Positions 36,240-47,500 of a stretch of DNA of 64,000 nucleotides are shown one piece after another. The notes beneath the pieces were generated by a model. It ran no database searches. It was not told the DNA's origin and saw only the letters and a program-made list of their open reading frames with translations. Source of the stretch: Lama glama (taxonomy: Eukaryota). Position 1 is the stretch's first letter, and the number at the start of each line of letters is the position of its first letter. The DNA lies in the NCBI GenBank assembly GCA_028534125.1, contig CM052837.1:36208001-36272000 (forward strand), written 5' to 3'. The position numbers and the translations under genes are program-made.

Positions 36240-38960
36240 TGGGAGAGACGATGGCGGAGGCATCGAAGTTTTCCAATCTTCCCAAAGGGCCACGTGAAGC
36301 ACAGAGCCGCCTGGCCGCAAAACCAGGCACCAGCGGACAACATTCAGAACAAAATCAGCAGAGATGAGCCCCAAGCGGCCACGGGCCGGGAAGCAGCTCC
36401 AAACAGTGCAGGGAAAGCAGCCCGACCCGCGAGGCCCGAGGCCCAGAGCCGCGGGTGGCCCCTGGAGGGGAGGCTCCCAGGGGGCGGCCGCTGAAGCCGG
36501 GAGGGTTCTCCCCATCCGACGGCAGCCTTGCCGCCAGGACCCCGCCTCTGACAGCAGGGCTCCCGAGCACAGGGTCCCACGTAAGAGACTCGGGGTGGGG
36601 GGAGCCTGAAACCACACTGAGCACGGCAGGGACCAGAGAGACAAAAAAGCTCCAGGTAAGGGTCGGGCAGAAAGCAGAGCCCAGAAATCTCAACGGCAGA
36701 AATCGTCGCTGCGGGGAGGCAGCCTGAGAGGAGCTCAGCGAAGTCGGCAAACCTTCCTCCCCAGGGTCCGGGAAACTGGGGTCCCATGAACGTGCACGCA
36801 GAGACGTCAGAGCCCACACCAGGGGCCATGAGGAAAAAGAGTAACTTCCCAACAGATGATGAAAAAACACCAAAGAGACATAATCAAAAGGTCCAAACTG
36901 TTACATTGTTTCCAAACAAGCTAAAAAACACACTGGGAAAACGATAAAAGGCATGAAAGAACAACAGAAATCAGAACTAGCAGAACTCAGAAATGAAGTG
37001 ACGAAGTCAAGAAAAAATGAGGAACAAAAGAAAATTCCGTTTGGGAAACAAAGGCTGCTCTCGGGAGACACAGGAGCAGGAGCACAGCAAACAGGCAGAA
37101 GGAGCGACAAGGGGGAAGGGCGAAGTGTCCCGCAGTTTTAAAGAGAGACTGAAAGGACTGAAGAAAAAATGACAAATACCGACGGGCTGTGAACACAGGA
37201 ATCTCTGGAAAGGGTGAAACCAAGGAAGCGTCGCGCGAAGCGCCCCTGCAAACGGAGGGTTTAAAACTGCCCCCGAGAGCACAGCTCAGGACAGCCGGCC
37301 CCTGGCAAAGCGGCGCGGCCTGAAGGAGCAGAGCTCGGCGGGCAGCCCTGGGCAGAGGACACGCGCAGCACCCAGGGAGGGAAGTGAGACGATCGTCAGA
37401 CTCCGACAGCAGCGTTTCCTCCCAGGGGAGCAAACACCTGGAGCAACCACTTACTCAAGAAAGACTCTCAAGGAAGGGGGGCTGAGCCCAGGGCTTCACA
37501 GCCAGACACCGTCCTCCGAGTGTGAAGGGCACGAACCGCCATCAGCGTGCAGGACTCTGGGGAACGCGGCCCCACGAACCATCCCAGAAGGCTCCAGCAG
37601 GGGCTGAGACTCAGAAAACCACAGAGAAGAGTCACTGGCATTAAACAGAAAGTCCCTCGTGCCCTAAGAGAAAGAAGGGACAGGGAGAGAGGACAGCCCG
37701 CAACAGCCGGTGACTGTTCTGCGGCGAGCCAGACGTGCGCACGAGCCTGCCCGGAGTCAGGGTCACATCCTACACAGCACCCGCCCGACAAGCCCCAGAC
37801 CGGACCTGGGCCGGGAGGCAAGGCTGCAGGTGAGACATGCTGGGTCGGAGGGCTCCCTGCAGACCGTACCAGTCAGCAGAGCAACAAACAGAGCACAACA
37901 CGCCTGGCGGGAACGAGCCCCCCAGCGGGTCTGAGCCAACAGCCAGCCCCTCAGAGGGAGGGGACTGCAACACGATGTCCCAGCAACGGCGCATGCAGCC
38001 AGAGACGCAGGGAAGCCAGAGCCGCCGTCAAGGGAAGAGCAGCCGGCAGGGCCTGGACCGGAGAGGGCCTAGATGCTGGACTTGACAAAACCAAGAGAGC
38101 AGGTCATAAACGGGTTCCAAGGACGATGGGAAAACTGGCCTCAGGAAGCGAGCAGACAGGGAAGTCTCTGCACAGAATCAGAAGCCATAAAGACCTAAGT
38201 GGGAACCCAGAACCGCAAACACACAGACAAACGGAAGTGTAGGCACTGGCTTCGCGGCTGGACGGGGGCGGCAGGGAGCCCACGCGCTCAGAACGGGGGA
38301 ACAGGGTCACGGAACACGAACGCGGGCTCAGAGACCCACCGGGCACAGCGGAACGTCCCACAGAGGTACCGTGGGATTCCCAATAGAAGAAGGCTGGAAC
38401 ACAGGCAGTTTTGAAGAAATAAAGGCCACGGTGTTCCAAATTAAAAGAAAAACACTGACCGACAGTCCCAAGAAGCTCAGAGCAGCCCAAGCAGACTGAA
38501 CACCACGAGACAAGTCTGGACACAACACAGACCAACGTCAGAAAAGCGAGACGACCATCTCAACACAGCCAGAGAAGTGACACACAGGACGGGAAAGAGG
38601 GTGAAGCCAGCGGGGCCTGAGCACAGTGGGACGGCGTCTCCAAGGACAGAGGTGGTCGCACATTTACGGTCGTTCCGGGTTTAAGAAAAAGAGTTTTGCA
38701 ATCTTGCAAAATTCACTGGGCAACCTCCCACGGTTGTTGTGACCTGGGACGAGATAACACAGCTGAATCAGAGCAGGCTTTCCTGGGAAACGAGAAGGAG
38801 ACCTGCAGGAACACAGAGGATCCAAGGAACAGAGGAAAACACAGAGAACGGCTGCAAGTCTTGGAATCAACTATCCCTTGTCAGTCTGCTGTTGTACAAG
38901 ATTAAATGATACGTATCTGGATTTGCAAGAGACAGTGAATCTTAAATTTAAAATAGAAAA
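36240..38960 (+). mobile_element. Decayed L1/HAL1 5' region and ORF1 remnants
   Basis: gatggcgg start motif; A-rich ORF1-like stretches (cagaaatcagaactagcagaactcagaaatg; ttttgaagaaataaaggccacggtgttccaaatt; ccaagaagctcagagcagcccaagcag). Confidence 0.6.
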
Positions 38961-39681
38961 AAAAGTCAATGTTGAGGGAAATTTTCATCCAAAACTGAGG
39001 GTGAAACACAACCATTTTCGAGCAAACAAAAGCTGGCTGTCGCCAGCAGACCGCGCTGCAAGCAACGCTCACCGCTGCCCCTGAAGCCGAGGGCAAGCCG
39101 ATGATGGGAACCTGGACTCGGGGAGGAATGGAGGATCCGAAACAGCGAGCCAGTCCGTGGAAACACGATGCCTTCTTTCCTGCTGTCATTTACTTACAAG
39201 ATAACTGACAGCTTAATGCAATAATAACGATACTTTAAAGTTGGGTTTGTAAATATATATACAGGTGTGACAGGAAACAAACAAGAAACTAACAAAACTT
39301 GGACAAACAGAAAAAGGTAACGAGTTTCCTTCCTCCTCGGAATCACTTTTTCTCTTGCAGGCTGGTCTCACTCCCGCTGCTCAGGAAGGACAGTTACCCC
39401 ATGAGGGTCACCCTCCTGAACGCTTTCACGTTCATGTCTTTTCAAAGCCAGCCTAAATCCCATCACATCAAACTACACGACCAAACGTCCTCACGCAAAG
39501 AACTTCCAGCTCGCGTGAGATCCACGAACAAGCTGATCTGAACACAAAGCCTCGAATGTAAAGCAGACACTCCCCGGGAGGTGAGACCCGTGTGAATGGT
39601 GAGGAAGCCCACCCGGCGGGCCGGGCCCCTGCAGTGAGCGCGCTGCCCAGGCCCCTCCAGCCCCGCCCCGGCGCTGCGCAC

Positions 39682-39801
39682 CTCTGCCCCCGACCCGGGG
39701 CCCGGGGAGTCCACCTTCCTCTTCTTTCTGGGCCCGATGGCGGCCAGCGCCGTGAGGTTGGCGTCGCGCTGCCGCATCTGCGCCAGTTCCTGCTGCTGCA
39801 T
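39682..39801 (-). CDS. TAF4: TAF4 exon 14 (MQQQELAQMRQRDANLTALAAIGPRKKRKVDSPGPGSGAE)
   Basis: cgaag acceptor, GAG|gtgcgc donor, 120 bp; PRKKRKV NLS-like motif. Confidence 0.97.
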
Positions 39802-40219
39802 CTTCGTTTGGAAAAGGAAACAGGACGGTCATCTCATGCATGCTTTGTCTTACACACATACCCGAGGGCTTCCCAGTTTTTTTCTAAATTAAAATTTCTT
39901 TAACGTTTTGACATTTTTTTTAAACAGTAAGCATATTCTACAATCAGAAAAAGAATAAAACCGTAGATGCTCATCTTAAAGAGTTCGGAAAACACGAGCA
40001 AATTTTAAAACCACAGACTGGATGCACCAAATGAGAAATCACCACTAGGTTTAAAGCCAGCAAGCACACAGAGGGCCTGCCAAGGAGACACCTCTGCAAA
40101 CCTCGGAAGTCCCCACGTGAAGGCCGGCTGTGCAGAGACACCGAGCTCCCCCGCCGGCCCCCCAACCCCCCCGCCGGGCCCTGGGCGTGAACACGAACAC
40201 ATCCAGTGCAGGTGCGTAC

Positions 40220-40276
40220 CTCCTTCGCCTTCTGCTTCAACCTTAACTGCTCGGGGTCTTCCTGTCTGGATCGAGA
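40220..40276 (-). CDS. TAF4: TAF4 exon 13 (SRSRQEDPEQLRLKQKAKE)
   Basis: aaatag acceptor, GAG|gtacgc donor, 57 bp. Confidence 0.95.
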
Positions 40277-40778
40277 CTATTTTTCAAAGACATAAAAATG
40301 AAAAGTAAGTTATGACCTGAACATTGTCATCTGACAAGTACGTTATCTTATTGGAGACAGAATAACATGCAGGTCATATGACAGAACAAGCAGTAACTTT
40401 TCCTGAAGTTTATAGTCAAAAGATGAAAATTTACCATGAAAAACAAACGTTACTCCTGAGAAAGTCAACACCACTTGGACCTAAGAACTACGCAACATGG
40501 TCGGGCCACGTCCACCAGCTGCAGAATCTGATCAGAGGTGACGTGAGGATGGCGGGCCTGGGCGGCCCGAGGGCTGAAGGCTTAGCGGGGTCCTGCCCGC
40601 GTGCTGAGCGACGCACTGAGGTTCTGAGGCTCCTGCCCCAGCCCTGCTCCCTGCCCCACGCACCGTGTCTCCCAGGCCAGCCCCAGACCCCGCTGCAGCT
40701 CCAGGAAACCCCGCATGTGTCTGAGTGCCCAGGCGGAGGCGGGAAAGCCGTCCAACCGTGAGAACCGCAAGCACTTGC

Positions 40779-40904
40779 CTTTGCTGCCCGCATCAGGATC
40801 TCTCTTTCCTGCTCATCTTTCCTCTGCTTCTCGATCTGGTCCAGCTGCTCGAAAAACTTGAGCTGAGCCCGGACGTCACTTGCCTGCTCGTACCTGTCGT
40901 CATC
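40779..40904 (-). CDS. TAF4: TAF4 exon 12 (DDDRYEQASDVRAQLKFFEQL...ILMRAAK)
   Basis: ttgcag acceptor, non-canonical AAG|GCaagt donor, 126 bp, in frame with exon 13. Confidence 0.95.
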
Positions 40905-41671
40905 CTGCAAAAAAGCGAAAGCACCGTCTGTCATGAACTCAGGAGCCTGCAGGATGGTCTGTGTGTGCCCCGCCCTCCCTCAGTCCAAGCCCGACGCCAG
41001 GACCCAGACCCGGGCCTCTGCGTCCAGACCTCCCTGTGGCCGAAGCGCTCTGGGTGGGGACCCGCTCTCAGGTGAGTGCCCCCGGGGCTCAGGGGCAACT
41101 TCCATTTACACATTTTGGTATCATTTAAAATTCTGTACAATAACAAGAAATCTCTCTAAAGCAAAATGGCTGCATGCTTTTATTTGAAACTTTGCTCTGA
41201 AGGCGCTGTCGCCCCGCCACTCCACAGTGCCTTCCGGAACAGGGCCCGCGGGACTGAACGGGAAGGCGGATTGTGCTCAGAAAACTACTGTGAGGCTGGG
41301 GCTCTGGTGCGGGCAACCCCCTGCAGGACACGACGGGCGCTGCTCCGAGCACTGCTGCACGGGCGGGCTGCAGGCGAGCTTGGCCGCAGGGGCCAGAGCC
41401 CAGGGCGGACACGGGTGAAGATGCCACCATCTCCCAAGCTGAAGAGGCTGCCTTCCAGCACCCAGGAGGGCAGAGCCCCCAGGGCACATCCTCACGCAGG
41501 TCCCTCCCCCTTCCCCAGCCCAGCTGGACAGCTCCCAAGAACACCACGGGCGAAAAGTGGAATCCGCCCCAAATCTAGTTCTAGTTAAAATTCAAAACAA
41601 GGTCAATGCTCAGGCCACTCCCACCCCCCCGCCTCTCAGCAGGCCGCCCCCGCCGGACAGCGGCGGAGCAC

Positions 41672-41802
41672 CTTGTAGGAGAAGTTCTTCTGCTGGGCCG
41701 TCTCCGATATCTTCTCGACCAGGTTCTGCAGCCTCTGCTGCGTGGCGTGGGACACGTAACTCACCACGTCCGGGTGTAGCTCCGTTATGCCGTGCTTCTT
41801 CC
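41672..41802 (-). CDS. TAF4: TAF4 exon 11 (histone fold; KKHGITELHPDVVSYVSHATQQRLQNLVEKISETAQQKNFSYK)
   Basis: ccccag acceptor, AAG|gtgctc donor, 131 bp. Confidence 0.96.
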
Positions 41803-41970
41803 CTGGGGAGCAGGCAACAGCTTACGATCACTGAAGCGCTTTTGTCTCCTTCACTGTTCTTTCCTGTGCAGCCTTAGGGCGGCCCGCGGGGCCGGCGGGT
41901 GCAGGGAGGGCGACACCTGCTTCAGCTCCCTGAGAACATCACCTCCCACCATGCGGAAAGCACGACCCGG

Positions 41971-42081
41971 GCAACACAGGTGCCAGGAACAAGGTGTGTC
42001 CCCCCAAACCCAGGACAGCGCCACACCAGGCGCGCGCTGGCGGCTCACACCACGCCCACGTGTGGACTCAGGGGTCCTGGG
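41971..42081. repeat. 111-bp dispersed direct repeat, copy A (TAF4 intron 10)
   Basis: 101/111 identical to 43724-43834 by manual ungapped alignment. Confidence 0.92.
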
Positions 42082-42105
42082 GACAGCGAGGAGACCTGGG
42101 CGCAC

Positions 42106-42275
42106 CTATTTCTAGTATCCGTCTCTGTAAGGGTGCCGGGAGAAGGAAGGTCTCGTCCTTGCAGGACCGCGTCAGGGTGCCCACCAGCTCCGAGTTCGTG
42201 GCCAATATCCTCGCGCTCTCTTCCGACAGGTTCACGCCAGCCATGGACGCCACGTCATTGATGTCATCGTCGTCC
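42106..42275 (-). CDS. TAF4: TAF4 exon 10 (DDDDINDVASMAGVNLSEESARILATNS...LQRRILEI)
   Basis: cggaag acceptor, G|gtgcgc donor, 170 bp. Confidence 0.96.
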
Positions 42276-43723
42276 CTTCCGACAGGAAGAAAAGATCACC
42301 CTAACCACCAGGGAGGCGCGCTCGGCCGTCCCGGCTCCTGTCCCCTCCCTCCCGCACTGCCGTCACCTGAGCAGCACAGCCGTCCCTGCAAGCGAGTCTG
42401 TTCTTTTAAAGGAAGACTCGCTCGGGGGAGCAGGACGGGAGTCCCCGCACACGGACGTCAGCTCTGACCTCAGCACAACGCCCGCACGCCTGCTCTCACT
42501 TCGAGGAGTCTGCTCCGTGAGACCTTTCTTAAATGACCTCACAGAAGTAACTTACTTTTAAAACAATCACAAACTCTCAGAAAGGCTGGAGAACAGCACA
42601 GAGAACTCTCCTTCCTGAGTCACCCGAAGGGGGCGGACACTGCAGCCTGGGTCCACGCAGACAAGGGCATCCCCAGCAGAACCAGGGTGACCGCCGGGCT
42701 CCTCGGCCACCAGCCGTGCTCGGGCCCTCCCCCCGCACCCCCTGGGCTGCCGACTGTCCCTGTAGCGTCTTCCTCAGCCAAGGGTCCAGTTCAGGGCAGG
42801 AGCCACATTTCTGTCATCTCCACAGCCCCTCCCGACTCGTGCCCATGATTCCTGAAGTCCCGGCCCAGGGGTCTTGCAGCCTGTCCCCACTGTGCCCCGA
42901 CCAACGGCCCCTCCCGATGAGACGTGGGCGACACACCTCTGGCAGGAACGTCACACGAGGCACGTGGCCTTGCCCCCCAAGCACGCGGAGCTCCAGCCCA
43001 GGGGTCCCTGCCCACGTGTCACAGGGGCCTGGGGGAGGTGTTCTGAGACTGCGCAAACCCCGTTCCTCACAAGCCATCCACTTACCACAGACGTGGCCAG
43101 CAGGAGGCAGGCCTTCTGCGAACCCTGACCAGCGCCCACACACCCTTGAGCCCTATTTCCTGACTGAGCCAGACGCCCTGACTCGTCCCACACTCTCCTG
43201 ACCCTGGCCCTGGGGTCAGCAGCCCTGCAAGGCGGCCCGGTCTCGGCGCTGGAAGCGGCTTTTGGACAAGGCGATCCAGGCACCGCAGGGGCGCCCTGGC
43301 GGTCCTCTGCGGGCAGAGCCAGCAGCGCCCACCTGCGGCCACTTCAGAAAGTCTCCATCGGTGTGTCCAACCCTCACCGGCCAGCCGCGGGCTCACCCTC
43401 GTCTGCACCGTCTCTGTGCTTCCAGCTCCCTCCCCAGCGGGAAGAAGCCGTGGTCTCCAGGACTCTTCGCCCGTTTCCTTTTCTGATCTGCAGGCGGACG
43501 CGCCTCTCACATCCACCACCTGCCCTCTCCCACCCCCGCACCAGGGGCGGGGGCGCTGACCCCGGCCAGGCCCCCAAGGTTCCCAGCCCCCTGACAGTTT
43601 CAGGGACAAAGCAAGGCCCCCGACACACACTCCACTACTGCAGAGCACGATCCGCAGTTGTCTCTGCAGCCCTTCCCGTGGCGGCACCCAGAGACCGGAG
43701 CCCAGCATCCACGAAGGCTCCGA

Positions 43724-43834
43724 GCAACACAGGTGACAGGGACAAGGTGTGTCCCCCCAAACCCAGGACAGCTCCACACCGAGCGCGCACTGGCAGCCCA
43801 CACCACACCCACGTGTGGACTCAGGGATCCTGGG
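43724..43834. repeat. 111-bp dispersed direct repeat, copy B (TAF4 intron 9)
   Basis: 101/111 identical to 41971-42081. Confidence 0.92.
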
Positions 43835-44073
43835 ATCCACTGCCACCGGGACGCACCTGGATCACCAACCCGTAACGGCGTGAGCACAAACTTGCTATTG
43901 GTTTGCGGCTTTGCCTTCCCGCCCTGGGTCTGTGGCGAACCTCCCGGAGCTACGAGTGGGAAGGCAGCACCCAAAGGTCGGACGAGCGTGGCAGGAACGC
44001 AGCCCCACAGCACCAGCAGTCACCGCGCAGGCGGCTCCCACACCCGTTCCTCGTGTGCACGGCTCATCCTTAC

Positions 44074-44188
44074 CGAAACGAGCCTCCCCCAGGCTCCTTG
44101 AGTTTATTTTTCTGGGCAGCAGCTGCCTGTGCCGAGACAGTAGAAAGAGCTTTGGTTCCAGGTAACACAGCAGGTTTCACCACAGGGA
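44074..44188 (-). CDS. TAF4: TAF4 exon 9 (PVVKPAVLPGTKALSTVSAQAAAAQKNKLKEPGGGSF)
   Basis: ttgcag acceptor, CG|gtaagg donor, 115 bp. Confidence 0.96.
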
Positions 44189-44439
44189 CTGCAAAACAAG
44201 AGGCAAGGGTGTGCCCAACACGCAGGGACACGGTGGCACAGCTGTCCCCAGGTGACAGGGTCGGACAGGCCGAGGGAAGGGCTGTCACCCCCACCCGCCA
44301 TGATGACGTGTTTACAAACATCAGACGACGAACGCTAAGCTGGAGGTAAAAGCACACACGGCGTCTCTCGAGCATCACACTGTCTGACATGAGGAACAAC
44401 TACTGGAAAAGCATTCACATCCCGAGTGTGTGATTTTAA

Positions 44440-44562
44440 AGATCAAGTCGATGGGGTGACGACTGTTCAACACTGCAGTGTAACTAACGCCACTGAACCG
44501 TCCACTTAGAATGGCTAAAGTGGTCAGTTTGCCCTCATGTGTATTTTGTCACAGTAAGAAGC
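44440..44562 (+). mobile_element. L1MB-like 3' end fragment
   Basis: gtaactaacgccactgaaccgtccacttagaatggctaaagtggtcagttt...tgtattttgtcacagtaagaa. Confidence 0.75.
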
Positions 44563-44605
44563 CCACAGGCAAACAGGCTGCTGGGAGCCAGGCCACCAGG
44601 CTCAC

Positions 44606-44753
44606 CTGGCTGCAGCTGGTTCAGCTGGATCTGCTGGGGTGCGGTGAGCACGATGCGGCTGTGGGGCTGCCGGAGCGCGACCATGGGCGTCTGCGTCAGT
44701 GTCACCTGCGGGGGCCGGATCAGAGCCCCGGGCTTGGGCGGTGGCTGGATCAC
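44606..44753 (-). CDS. TAF4: TAF4 exon 8 (VIQPPPKPGALIRPPQVTLTQTPMVALRQPH...QLQP)
   Basis: cttcag acceptor, G|gtgagc donor, 148 bp. Confidence 0.96.
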
Positions 44754-46311
44754 CTGAAGGAGAGCCCGCCGCACAATCATGAGGACGCGAGAGCACCCGT
44801 GCCATCCCGCAGGGTCCCCTGGCCCTCCAGCAGCTCAGGACACACCCGGGAGCTGCCCGGAGGCTGCCCCTGGGCCCTGAGGTCAGTGCCTGGGGCACAG
44901 CGTGTGCTGAGCACAGAGCCCGCAGAGAGTGGATTTCTCCCCAGCATCAGCACAGGTGACACATGGTGGCCTCCCTGCTGGGGCCGCCTCAGATTCCTCC
45001 CAGAGCCCTGCGGCCTCACCCACAGCCTCTGGGGCTGGATGTTAAGGATCCAGTTTCTGAACTGCGTGAGGGTCACCTGGGGGGCCCTCTCAGAGCGGGG
45101 GTGGGGGGTGGCGGTTGCTGTGTGCCAAACTGTCCCACACAAAACCCATGACAAGTCACGCTACCCAGGACGAGGAAAGGCCACTGCCTCCAGGAGGTTC
45201 AGCCCAAGTCCTGCCATAAACTCAGGTCTCTACAGTCTTCAGGGAAAGCGGTTGATGGACCAGTGGGTCACACGCCCGGGGCTGCTTGCACGCACTGCCA
45301 CTCAACGGACCAGGGAAGCAGAGGCAGGACAGCCCGTGCGCACGCCGCACAGCCCGCGACGTCCCTCAGACAACACGCCAAGGGCTCCTCAAGACCCCCG
45401 TGTGTACCTCCGTTACACGCAGAGCCGGGCCTGCGGGTGGGGTCCCGATGTCCCACCTGCCCCTTCGCCCTGAGCCCCCAACAGCTCCGGCCTGAGCCAA
45501 AGGGGCCTCCGTCTCCCATGCCGCCAACCGAGGCAAAACAACGCGGACTCTAACTCGAGCGGAGAGCGCACACCCGCCCAGGTGACCGATCGCCACCTCT
45601 GGCTGCCGCCCAAGTGCTACCAGAACCCACGCTCCACAGCCTACGCTGGTGACGAGAGGCCTGCGCTGTCTCACTGACTTTTCTGACTGGAGAGGAACAA
45701 ACCCTCTGAAATCAAAGAGAAGAAGCAGCAGCAGCAGCTGCCTCTCCACGCCTGGCGAGCCCACCCGCCTGCGGGGCACATCCAAACGTGACTCTTCCCG
45801 GCAAGGACGTTCTTCCAGAGCCGAACAACTCAGCCCTGGATCGAAGCACAAATGAAGCACCAGTGGCCTGCAGTCTTATCTCCCGAGACTCTCCGAGCCC
45901 CGAACTACAGCCGCAGCGGGTCCTGGGCCGCCGGGAAACAAAGGCCCGCCCTGCCTGCCGGGCCCACACCCAGCACTTGTCGTCTGTTCCTTGTGTTTGG
46001 GCCACTGTTCCTGATCAAAGACAACAACCAACACTACATTGTACTGCGTTCGTTTAAGCCAGGAACACCTACAAACAATACAGGTAATGTGCGCCTAAGC
46101 AGGTAAACGCCCACGGGCTTCTCTTGTCTTAGAAACAAACTCAAACCTGCAGGGCCAGCCTCTAGTTGGCACCTTCCCACCGAGGATGAGACCAGGGCTC
46201 TCCCGCCTGCCTGTGACCCAGGAGGCCCCTCGGAGCCAAGGCCCATTCACCTAAGAGGCGGGCGGGTGGGTGGGCGGGCAGGGGAGGTGGGCAAGGCTCT
46301 GGCCTGCATAC

Positions 46312-46557
46312 CAGCGGCGTGGGCTGCCCCTGCTTGCCGACGCCAACCTGTGTGGGCTGCGTGAGGCTGATGACAGGGGGCTGGAGGGCGCTGGTCACGG
46401 TGGCCGCCGTCTTCCCGGCTGTGCGCTGGACCGAGCCACTGAGCACCACGGCCGTGAGCGCGGTGGTGGCCTGCGAGGCCGGCGGCTGCTGCTGCTGGCT
46501 CTGCTGGATGAAGGCCGCGGAGTCGGGGGTCAGCTGTCTCAAGGCGGGCAAGCTCCT
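46312..46557 (-). CDS. TAF4: TAF4 exon 7 (RSLPALRQLTPDSAAFIQQSQQ...KQGQPTPL)
   Basis: gcccag acceptor, CTG|gtatgc donor, 246 bp; end of TAFH domain. Confidence 0.96.
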
Positions 46558-47070
46558 CTGGGCAGAAAGACAGACACGGGGTCGGCGGGTGGCACTGGCT
46601 CAGAGACAGGCAGCTCTGAGAACACGGACTCAAGCTCAACAGCGAGCTTTTCGGGCCTTGGGAGATGCCCCTGCACGCCAGGGGTCGCCATCCAACAGTG
46701 CCAGCCCCGCCGTCACCGAGCAGGGTTATCCTCAACAGAAACCGACAGAGACACGTTTGAAAAACCAGTAAGTGGCACGGAATGCCCTCAAGCATGTAAG
46801 GACAGCAGAGGACACCTCGGTGACACCCTCATCCCAGAGGTGCAGGCACCCCCATCTGTGGGGAGAGGGCCCTTCTCGGTCCCCAGCTGTGTCCCCACAG
46901 AGTGGCCGCAGTGGCAGGGGTCTCGTAACTTAACACTGTCTTGGGACATGTTGCACATGCAAACACATGGTGACATCTATGCAAGCCTGCTCCTCCATGG
47001 AGACAGCCTGACCCCCCGCCCCTCCGCCCCAGCCGCCACCCCCCAGCACACGCAGGAGGCTCGAAGTTAC

Positions 47071-47160
47071 CTTCAGGAAAGGCACAAGGTAAGGTTGAGG
47101 TGAAGAATTAAGTTCTCGGTATAACCTACTAGTGAAATCTTCTGCTTCAATTTTTCCATC
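47071..47160 (-). CDS. TAF4: TAF4 exon 6 (TAFH; DGKIEAEDFTSRLYRELNSSPQPYLVPFLK)
   Basis: tttaag acceptor, AAG|gtaact donor, 90 bp. Confidence 0.97.
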
Positions 47161-47411
47161 CTTAAAAATAAAATTCACATTGAAATCCCTCCATGAATAC
47201 AAGTCCACACACATATCTCTTTATGCAGCATTTCTCTGGTCTCAAATTTTATGACCAGTTGTTTTTCCCGCCAGGCCTTCGCTGGACAGAGGGGACGGGG
47301 AGGCCAGGGTATGGCATGTTCAGTGGACACGGGCCTCCCAGGTGCGCAGCTGAAGCCTCCCCCAGCACCCGTGGCTCCACCCCAGTGAGGGCTCACTGGT
47401 CTAACTCCCAA

Positions 47412-47500
47412 GTTTCTTTTTTCCCTTAAGTGGAGGCACTGGGGGTGGAGCCCAGGAGCTTGTGCAGGCTCGGCGCGCGCTCCACCACACCCCCACACCC
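47412..47500 (-). mobile_element. tRNA-derived SINE (camelid vic-1-like), GC-shifted
   Basis: minus strand gtggtggagcgcgcgccgagcctgcacaagctcctgggctccacccccagtgcctccac plus A-rich tail; homologous to the 56215 copy. Confidence 0.75.

Noticed and set aside
39802-40219. U12-type intron suggested by the unusual acceptor (ccaaacgaag)
   Set aside because: Donor is GTACGC rather than GTATCCTT, and no TCCTTAAC branch site is seen
44511-45473. 320-aa plus-strand ORF
   Set aside because: Starts inside an L1 fragment and runs antisense to TAF4 exon 8; no domain
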